Virus record (IMG/VR): IMGVR_UViG_3300032676_000987 | Origin: an uncultured virus (IMG/VR IMGVR_UViG_3300032676_000987) | Taxonomy: Duplodnaviria; Heunggongvirae; Uroviricota; Caudoviricetes | Reading direction: 5' to 3' (one strand) | DNA: 63,955 nt | Part shown: positions 57,679-63,955 of the stretch, piece after piece | Position numbering within the stretch: position 1 is the stretch's first letter | Layout: each line of letters begins with the position of its first letter | Position numbers and translations under genes: made by a program | The notes under the pieces: model-generated | The model's database searches: none | Told to the model about the DNA's origin: nothing | The model's input: only the letters and a program-made list of their open reading frames with translations

Positions 57679-57953
57679 CGAAAAGAAAGAGTAAGTCATA
57701 GACTGTGCAAAAAACAGCGGGGCTCTTAAGAGCCACCCTTGTGTGCAATAGACACTTCACAATCTACAAAAACTACATATGTTCGAACAGCAAAGTGCAA
57801 AATGTCTTTAATAGTTCGGGTCACGTAATTATGATGCCAAAAACGGAGCTGTCAAATGTAAATTTCTAATGAAACTTACGGTGTCTACTCTAATCTCTCT
57901 TTCTTTTCGGGTGGTTTTGCCCTGCAGTTCGCGCTACAAGGCATACCACCAAA
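57679..57953 (-). ncRNA. Candidate structured RNA downstream of coiled-coil gene
   Basis: Perfect 13-bp inverted repeat 57679-57691/57897-57909 enclosing about 205 nt; strong hairpin at 57910-57953. Confidence 0.55.
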
Positions 57954-57956
57954 CCG

Positions 57957-58523
57957 TTAGATGATGTTCTCGGCCTGCAGAACCGCAACAGTCTTATCTG
58001 TCAGATGAATGACGTTGCGAACGTTGGATTCGAGAAGTTCATCTTGCAGCTTTTGCTTTTGCTTCTTGCATTCAGCAACAATGCTGCGGTAATTTTTTAC
58101 GTCTTCGGTAGTGAGTACAGACGTTTGGACTTCGCCGGCTCGTCTATAACCGAATGCATCTTCTGCACGAGTGCGGATCTTAGCTAGCTTACCGTCGATG
58201 ACAGCTTGTTCAGCACGAACCTCAGCCTTAGCATAAGAACCGTAGAACTGAATGTCCTTTTCTAGGCGAGCGATATTTGCAAGCGTGCTATTGATATCGT
58301 AGCTGTTATTAACAGCATCAACTGACTTGCGAATCTCGTAGAGGGCATCAAGCAGAGCCGTACGACGACCGACGCTAGTACTAAAAGTAGTAGCAGCCGC
58401 TGCGATTGCAGCAATCGTGTCCTGGAACTCATTCAGCCCAACCGTGTAGTTGAAGTTTAGCCCCTTGATTGCTTCATTGATAGCAACTTGCAGTGCATTT
58501 GCCTTACGCAGTGATACCTTCAT
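57957..58523 (-). CDS. Coiled-coil protein (DUF6847/DIP1984-like, tentative)
   Basis: MK..L.KA..LQ...R..L..I...N...K.KLQD.L...N....I.L architecture; GAGGA SD. Confidence 0.6.
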   Translation of the reverse strand: MKVSLRKANALQVAINEAIKGLNFNYTVGLNEFQDTIAAIAAAATTFSTSVGRRTALLDALYEIRKSVDAVNNSYDINSTLANIARLEKDIQFYGSYAKAEVRAEQAVIDGKLAKIRTRAEDAFGYRRAGEVQTSVLTTEDVKNYRSIVAECKKQKQKLQDELLESNVRNVIHLTDKTVAVLQAENII

Positions 58524-58700
58524 TTTCTATTCCTCTGTAAATTACTTGTTCTTTATACTAAATTACTAGGTGATTGTAAAGTTTTTTGGGTAACTGCTAA
58601 AAGGAATAAATACACTGTGGTAATCAAAGAAGTTGTAGTTCTTTGAAACCCAGTCTGGAGTCCGGGCTGTCCCACAAACATACTTATCTGGAGATCACTG

Positions 58701-59495
58701 ATGTCAAATAATACCTTTACCTGCACCGCGTGCGACAAATATTTTCACTCGGAACGCGGACTGCGTTCCCATTTACATTGGCACGATCCTACATATGCAG
58801 CCGCATGTTCTAATAATGGTGAAAATATCAGCAAAGGAATTCGAATAAGAGCTAACAAAGATCGAGAAATTGCAACGAGTTCTTACCTACATAATCCTAA
58901 ACATTGCAAACAGTGTAATAATCCACTGCCGTATGTTAGAAGAGGAGGTACATACTGCGATCAATCATGTGCTGCTAAATTTAACAACGTTGCTAGAGCC
59001 AAACCTAAAAAATCCAAACCTATCCGAAGCACCCGCATAAGATCCAAACTGGTCTGTAAAGAATGTGGCACTATTTTTTCGGTGACGCCATGTGAATCGA
59101 CTAGGAAATACTGTTCCGTTGCATGTAGCAATAAGAACAAATATCATCCCAATTCTACACGAAAGAAAACATGCATTTACCGCGGGCACAAGATGGATTC
59201 TGGAGCAGAGTATCAATTTGCGCTTTTACTCGATAAACACCAAATACAGTGGATCAAAAACACCACTACTTATTTCTCATTCACCGATTCTGCAGGCAAA
59301 ACAAGGAAATATTATCCGGATTTCTATCTAAAGGACTACGATCACTGGGTAGAAATTAAAGGAGAGAGATACATTCGAGAAGATGACGACTTACGCTTAG
59401 CAGCGGTAGGAAATATTGAACGAATAATGAGCAAAGATATTCGTCTTCCTAGGTGTGTTACTTCGACCACACCTAGCAGACCCATGAGCCATTGA
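58701..59495 (+). CDS. Zinc-finger PD-(D/E)xK homing-type endonuclease
   Basis: N-terminal C2H2, two CxxC...YCxxxC fingers, DS..E..FA..LD, YYPDFYL...VEIKG. Confidence 0.8.
   Translation: MSNNTFTCTACDKYFHSERGLRSHLHWHDPTYAAACSNNGENISKGIRIRANKDREIATSSYLHNPKHCKQCNNPLPYVRRGGTYCDQSCAAKFNNVARAKPKKSKPIRSTRIRSKLVCKECGTIFSVTPCESTRKYCSVACSNKNKYHPNSTRKKTCIYRGHKMDSGAEYQFALLLDKHQIQWIKNTTTYFSFTDSAGKTRKYYPDFYLKDYDHWVEIKGERYIREDDDLRLAAVGNIERIMSKDIRLPRCVTSTTPSRPMSH
59464..59490 (-). pseudogene. Possible 5'-half tRNA remnant
   Basis: GGCTCATGGGTCTGCTAGGTGTGGTCG resembles acceptor strand plus D-arm. It follows two tRNAs and is cut off by the endonuclease 3' end. Confidence 0.35.
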
Positions 59496-59546
59496 ATATT
59501 CAATTTATTCTAATACAATTCAGGTGTCAATTGAATTGGGCAAAAG

Positions 59547-59622
59547 TGGAAGCAGTGATGGGACTCGCACCCACGATAGACAGAATATGAATCTGTTGCA
59601 TTGGCTACTATGCTACACTGCT
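59547..59622 (-). tRNA. tRNA-Met/Ile2(CAT)
   Basis: AGCAGTG acceptor, ACAGA-TTCATAT-TCTGT, T-loop TGCGAGT, CCA. Confidence 0.85.
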
Positions 59623-59631
59623 ATAATTTAA

Positions 59632-59718
59632 TGGAGGACGTAGTAGGATTCGAACCTACGATGCGCTAAGCGTCCGGATTAAGAGCCAGGTGTATTCGAC
59701 CACTATACTAATACGTCC
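59632..59718 (-). tRNA. tRNA with CTT (Lys) anticodon and long variable arm
   Basis: GGACGTA/TACGTCC acceptor, CCTGG-CTCTTAA-TCCGG, variable hairpin CGC-TTA-GCG, GGTTCGAATCC, CCA; 87 nt. Confidence 0.8.
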
Positions 59719-59829
59719 AAATTATATTTTTATATTATATCGATAGATGACCAATGTCAACTACCTAACGGTTAATTATCGAATAAGTGTCTTAATAAAA
59801 GTAGCAATCAGATACCCGAAGTCAACTAA

Positions 59830-59997
59830 TTAATCGAAAAAATTACCTTCGACCCAATTCCATTGGGAATCCGAAATCTTCTGCCAAACCCCAGAACCAA
59901 GCGGAAAATGACGATTAGCCATCAACATCGCTTCGTTGTGCGTATTCGCATTAAAGACCTTAGAGTTACCAAAGGCCCGAAAAACAAAACTATTCAT
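59830..59997 (-). CDS. 55-aa hypothetical protein (not in ORF track)
   Basis: MNSFVFRAFGN...; follows the promoter at the end of the repeat gene. Confidence 0.55.
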   Translation of the reverse strand: MNSFVFRAFGNSKVFNANTHNEAMLMANRHFPLGSGVWQKISDSQWNWVEGNFFD

Positions 59998-60054
59998 GGT
60001 TTGTTCCGTTTGCTGAATCTCTATGATTCATATTAGCAAATCAGAGACGTGATG

Positions 60055-60357
60055 TCAACCGATATTAGCCATTTTCTTTTGTGTGAGTTTTCGGTGTTCT
60101 TCTTCGGTCATGTTTTGGTCGTTTAGATACCAATACCGAGCTCCGTTCGCATATTCACACGCAGGACCATCTTCTCGATGACGTTGTCCGTTAAGATACC
60201 AATGCCGATCGCCGTTCGCATATTCAATAGCAGGGCCGTCTTCTCGGTGACGTTGCCCGTTAAGATACCAATGCCGATCGCCGTATGCGCCCAAATCAAT
60301 AGTATACCCCTTAAGAATATACCACATCATTTGTTCGTCAGATATAGGCGGTAGCAT
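60055..60357 (-). CDS. 23-aa repeat protein, 2 repeats (paralog of 27647-28225)
   Basis: 29 + 2x23 + 25 = 100 aa from MLPP. Confidence 0.85.
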   Translation of the reverse strand: MLPPISDEQMMWYILKGYTIDLGAYGDRHWYLNGQRHREDGPAIEYANGDRHWYLNGQRHREDGPACEYANGARYWYLNDQNMTEEEHRKLTQKKMANIG

Positions 60358-60414
60358 ATGGATCGGTCCCAATTTCTATATCTATAACGTAGAGATATAG
60401 GAACCATAAGTCAA

Positions 60415-60627
60415 CTAGTTTATCATGCAAGCCTTGAGCATTTCCTCAGAGAAGCCCGTAGCCAGAATCATTTCCTTCAGCATCTTACTCTTACGGGTCG
60501 CATGCTCTACAATTTCAGGGTCAGACATGGTTCCGCATGAGAGATCGGCAAATCCAAAAAGCTCTATGGCAAGGGCTTCCATAGGGAATTCCATACGGTC
60601 GCGATACTGTTCAGTGTCCTTAGACAT
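60415..60627 (-). CDS. early hypothetical protein
   Basis: Follows promoter/SD repeat. Confidence 0.65.
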   Translation of the reverse strand: MSKDTEQYRDRMEFPMEALAIELFGFADLSCGTMSDPEIVEHATRKSKMLKEMILATGFSEEMLKACMIN

Positions 60628-60686
60628 CTCTATCTCCATTTCCTATAATTAAATATAGTCTTTTGCTGAAAATAAGTCAACGGGGT

Positions 60687-60854
60687 TTAGCGTTCTTCAA
60701 GCTTAATGCCATATGTACGACAGTCCTTGATAGCAGCCGTTTTAGTAGGATATCGGCCGAAGGGCGAACAATTTTCCTTCCAAACGACCCAGCGAGGAGT
60801 GCCCCAGTTGTTTTCCTTACTTACAAAATAGGTCTTATAGGTTTTACGCGCCAT
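60687..60854 (-). CDS. 55-aa early protein (not in ORF track)
   Basis: MARKTYKTYFV... lies exactly between two promoter repeats. Confidence 0.65.
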   Translation of the reverse strand: MARKTYKTYFVSKENNWGTPRWVVWKENCSPFGRYPTKTAAIKDCRTYGIKLEER

Positions 60855-60914
60855 CTTGATCTCCATTTCCTATAATTAAATATAGTCTTTTACTGAAAAG
60901 AAGTCAACTGGTTT

Positions 60915-61172
60915 TTAAAACCACATAGTACGTTCGATATACTCTGTCTGGCCAGCATCAACCAGCTTGTAGGTTTGAAACGAAGCCTTGGTCAAGTTGC
61001 AGTCTTCGAGACACTTTTCAGCGGACGCCGGCTCATCAAAAGACCAAATCAAAGACCAGTTATTATCAGGGTCGATACCGCGGAGCCGGTACTCCGCCTT
61101 ATGCGCAGCAGGAAGTTCTTCGTGACGGATAATACGGTAACGTCCAACTCGTTCTTGATACGTCTCAGGCAT
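60915..61172 (-). CDS. early hypothetical protein
   Basis: Lies between promoter repeats. Confidence 0.7.
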   Translation of the reverse strand: MPETYQERVGRYRIIRHEELPAAHKAEYRLRGIDPDNNWSLIWSFDEPASAEKCLEDCNLTKASFQTYKLVDAGQTEYIERTMWF

Positions 61173-61234
61173 TTCGCTCTCCATTTCCTATAATTAAATA
61201 TAAGCTTTTTAGGAAAATAAGTCAACTAAAAATC

Positions 61235-62626
61235 TTAATATTCTTCTTTAGGTACTGGTTTTTTGTAGCTTTGCAGATGCTTGATGATCTTCTTAACATA
61301 AGTTTGCCATACCTTAATAAACCGCTTTTCTTGATTAGTTGGGTTTGGTTTTTGCATAGCTTCTTTGGCGGTTTGTTCTATAGACGCCATCGTATAAAAA
61401 TTTTTAGGGAAATACCCATATCGAATATTATCAATCTCATTGTCTACAAACTGATTTATCTCTCGCTGTCGATCAATGTCTGAATAGCTATAGCTTCTCC
61501 ATGTTGATAAATTTGACAACATTTCCATATAAAGTTCACTTGCGGCGTGGGCGGCGTGCGCTTCAATCTCATTAACTGATCCTAAATATGCTGACCATCG
61601 ATTTAGATTGTTTTCAAATCTATCAACATCTTGCACCGGATTACCGCGTTTTCCACCGCGATATTTTCTGTATTTGGCATCTGCGTTCTTAACATCAGAT
61701 CCTTTGGTGCTATTCGGATCAAGAATCGTTATCTTAGGGCGAGGCTGGTCTGGGTTAGGCAACATAGTATGATCTGTTCGATTGACACCGTATGGTTCCC
61801 CTCTAAGTTCTGCCTGTTGTTTGTTAATTCTTAAACGTGCATCCTGTTCTAAGTGAACAACTTCATGCACATAAGTATGTAGTATATCCTTTAAAAACTT
61901 TGGGATTGGATTGGAGATACTGCTTTCACCATATCTATCTTCTGTTTCTAGTTGCTGTAGTCTATTGGTCAGCACTTCCCATAATTTCTTTTCGCTAGTG
62001 TACACATTAACATGCACAGCTAAATCATTCCACCAATCGATGGTTTGCCCATATCTGCTTTGTATTTTGTTTTTTGAAGGATAGGCTTGATAGTAACCTC
62101 CGCCTGTCTTTGGTTCTCCGGTACGAGCGTTGGCCCCTTTAGTATCCAACTGAACAATTATGTGTTCTAACCAATATAGATTTTGTTTGGTTCGGGTATC
62201 CCAATTGATGTCCTTCTGAGAAGGATCTTTAGTCATGATTTTACCAAATTGAGTCTCAATGTAATCACGAGCCACATTCTGTAAATCTAATTCCAAAGTG
62301 TGTTTAAAATCTTCGACAATTTCTTTGTTAGGTTCACTAGTGTAGGAGTCGCGCTCTACGTCGCCCCACAAATCCATAGTCTGATTTTGCAAAGGTTCAA
62401 CTAGTTTTTCTTCTTCTTGCCACGGTAGCTGTTGTTCACGAATGTCTGCAATTTTCTTATCATTTGATTCCATTCGAGCAATGATGTTTTCTACACCTAT
62501 AGCATGATAGATTCTGTTGCGATTTTCTTTTACGAACTTATCAATCTCTTTACGCAACAAAGTATACGCAGTGTCAGTCAATACACTGGTTTGGTTAATG
62601 GCTTCAACTAATTCTGTAATACGCAT
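61235..62626 (-). CDS. Putative zinc metalloprotease (HExxH...E), late protein
   Basis: HEVVHLEQ and downstream EIEAHA; TATAAATA directly upstream. Confidence 0.6.
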   Translation of the reverse strand: MRITELVEAINQTSVLTDTAYTLLRKEIDKFVKENRNRIYHAIGVENIIARMESNDKKIADIREQQLPWQEEEKLVEPLQNQTMDLWGDVERDSYTSEPNKEIVEDFKHTLELDLQNVARDYIETQFGKIMTKDPSQKDINWDTRTKQNLYWLEHIIVQLDTKGANARTGEPKTGGGYYQAYPSKNKIQSRYGQTIDWWNDLAVHVNVYTSEKKLWEVLTNRLQQLETEDRYGESSISNPIPKFLKDILHTYVHEVVHLEQDARLRINKQQAELRGEPYGVNRTDHTMLPNPDQPRPKITILDPNSTKGSDVKNADAKYRKYRGGKRGNPVQDVDRFENNLNRWSAYLGSVNEIEAHAAHAASELYMEMLSNLSTWRSYSYSDIDRQREINQFVDNEIDNIRYGYFPKNFYTMASIEQTAKEAMQKPNPTNQEKRFIKVWQTYVKKIIKHLQSYKKPVPKEEY

Positions 62627-62665
62627 GTATGTATTTATATAAATATCAAAGAGTTAGGATACATT

Positions 62666-63526
62666 ATGGATTGGGTAAAATACGGGTTTGGACCAGACTA
62701 TCTACCACATGACCCAAAGCTACCGTTTTATATTAACTACAACAATGCTATTCCAACTACTGACAAAACACCATTAGAAATATCTAAAGAGGCCATTGAA
62801 CGTATATCTAGTAAGTACCCTGCACCTTATACCTTGATGTGCAGCGGCGGTGTAGATAGTCAAGCGATGATTTTAGCCTGGAAGCACAGCGGTGTACCTT
62901 TCAGAATCGTTTCAGCTAGATACAATGACAATATGAATGATTATGATTTAGTTGAGTTAAATGCATTAGCAGAACGTGAGGGGCTTTCGGTCGACTACCT
63001 AGACATCGATGTTATTGATTTTCATGAAAATCATTTACAAGAATGGGCTAAGACTTATAACTGCACCACACCACACATTCTCACACACATGTATATTGCA
63101 AGCAAGATTACCGAAGGTACTGTCGTGTCTAGCGGAAATTATGTTTTATCTATCGGAAAATTCGGAGCGATCAATTATGGACAATTTGGGTTGCAGAGAT
63201 ATTCTGAGATTTCCAAACAACCGATGGTTCCTTATTTTTGGATGCACGACCAATATCTGATGCCGGTTTTTGAGATTATACGTCGGCAGCAAGGAATTGA
63301 ATATGAACAATTAGAGAAAGACGGATATCACTATAAATGTCTATTATTTCAATTGGCCGGGTTTGACGTTATACCGCAACCTCGTAAATATAATGGATTC
63401 GAAAAACTAAAAGAACATTACGATTCGGTTACGCTTAAATATACTGATATCCTAAAGGCTGCTAAAAACCGAAAAGACAGCAGAGATGCTCTTGTCTGCT
63501 ATAATATCTTCCTTAACTTCAGTTAA
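62666..63526 (+). CDS. PP-loop protein (paralog of 6166-7116), C-terminus probably lost
   Basis: YPAPY.LM.SGG.DSQ, Y.CT.PHI..HM.IA and VIPQ..K..GFE..K..YD shared; similarity ends near 63475. Confidence 0.75.
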   Translation: MDWVKYGFGPDYLPHDPKLPFYINYNNAIPTTDKTPLEISKEAIERISSKYPAPYTLMCSGGVDSQAMILAWKHSGVPFRIVSARYNDNMNDYDLVELNALAEREGLSVDYLDIDVIDFHENHLQEWAKTYNCTTPHILTHMYIASKITEGTVVSSGNYVLSIGKFGAINYGQFGLQRYSEISKQPMVPYFWMHDQYLMPVFEIIRRQQGIEYEQLEKDGYHYKCLLFQLAGFDVIPQPRKYNGFEKLKEHYDSVTLKYTDILKAAKNRKDSRDALVCYNIFLNFS

Positions 63527-63556
63527 TTTTTCACGCAACGCTTGCATAAACGACAT
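63452..63556 (-). pseudogene. Truncated paralog of the Cys-rich protein 7123-7347
   Basis: MSFMQALREKLTEVKEDII.. versus MTSFADKLKQRLTEVADQV; TAAATA upstream; Cys domain missing. Confidence 0.5.
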
Positions 63557-63601
63557 ATTTCTGACCTTCATTACTATTCTTATTTATCATTACCGGTATG
63601 T

Positions 63602-63955
63602 CTACAAAGTTTTGCGGCGAAGTAACCCGATTAGATTTGTCATACCATAATTATCATTTGAGCCAGGCCCTATCTCTAAAAGGTTTCCTATGGACATATT
63701 CCAGTTAATAATACTTTTTGTGTGTTTGGAGTTAGTCACACGAGAATTTATAACGGGCTGTATAGTATCTAACCATAAATTGGATCTCTTTACGAATTCC
63801 CAGCCGTCGCTTCTATGCCTGGCTTCCAGTTTACCAAAACCTAAATTTTCTAATAACTGTAGCTTGAATTGACCTATGGCCAGGTAATCCCCGTTAATAG
63901 AATGTTTCTTGCGCAGGCTCAGGTGTTCCTTAATAAAGAACATGTTAGATTCCAA
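63602..63955 (-). CDS. hypothetical protein, partial
   Basis: Open to the window edge. Confidence 0.45.
   Translation of the reverse strand: MESNMFFIKEHLSLRKKHSINGDYLAIGQFKLQLLENLGFGKLEARHRSDGWEFVKRSNLWLDTIQPVINSRVTNSKHTKSIINWNMSIGNLLEIGPGSNDNYGMTNLIGLLRRKTL

Larger units (their letters stand above)
60632..61226 (-). repeat. Three ~48-bp promoter+SD direct repeats (60632-60681, 60859-60908, 61179-61226)
   Basis: GTTGACTT..TTTC..AAAAG.CTATATTTAATTATAGGAAATGGAG on the minus strand. Confidence 0.9.

Noticed and set aside
57458..57694. 78-aa ORF on + strand
   Set aside because: Low-complexity translation of the AT-rich tandem promoter region; no SD.
58617..58677. Hammerhead ribozyme
   Set aside because: It has a three-way shape and GAAA but no CUGANGA core.
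59632..59718. Ochre suppressor (TTA anticodon) explaining the TAA at 3863
   Set aside because: It would need C at position 33; the CTT register gives the canonical U33/A37 loop. TAA is also the most common stop here.
60632..61226. CRISPR-like repeat-spacer array
   Set aside because: The repeats are promoter+SD units, and the intervening 180-270 bp segments are ORFs.
1..63955. Genome-wide stop-codon reassignment
   Set aside because: Long genes are open in the standard code and TAA, TAG and TGA all end genes at expected positions. Only isolated in-frame stops occur.

Overview
This is a 64-kb segment of a large lytic tailed-phage genome of T4-like/jumbo type. It is gene-dense, with sigma70-like early promoters (TTGAC-N17-TAnnnT) and short late promoters (TAAATA). 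Recognisable genes: glycosyltransferase, Gp88-like protein, DenV-like glycosylase, T4-type RNase H, ATP-dependent DNA ligase, ClpX/Hsp20/ClpS/ClpP, dCMP deaminase, 5'-nucleotidase, IF-1, Fe/Mn-SOD, a kinase-like protein, a tail-fibre/adhesin block, a papain-like protease, a SleB-type hydrolase, an HD (p)ppGpp hydrolase, four free-standing endonucleases and five tRNAs. The most unusual elements are: (1) a late operon of a subtilase ending in a six-Cys defensin-like segment plus an S74 self-cleaving domain, a small Cys-rich protein, a PP-loop ATP-pyrophosphatase and a GNAT, with paralogous parts elsewhere in the window; (2) a roughly 420-nt ornate ncRNA behind rrn-like tandem promoters and a boxA; (3) a coiled-coil gene followed by a stem-closed structured RNA; (4) three dispersed copies of a 23-aa-repeat gene with 6, 1 and 2 repeats, NNT-type hypervariable codons and a promoter built into the stop codon; (5) a T4-like capsid-targeting leader shared by unrelated late enzymes; (6) a CTT-anticodon tRNA with a long variable arm. 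Several lesions (nonsense codon, +1 frameshifts, deletion junctions) may be real decay or assembly error. All family assignments come from motif recognition by eye; no database searches were run.
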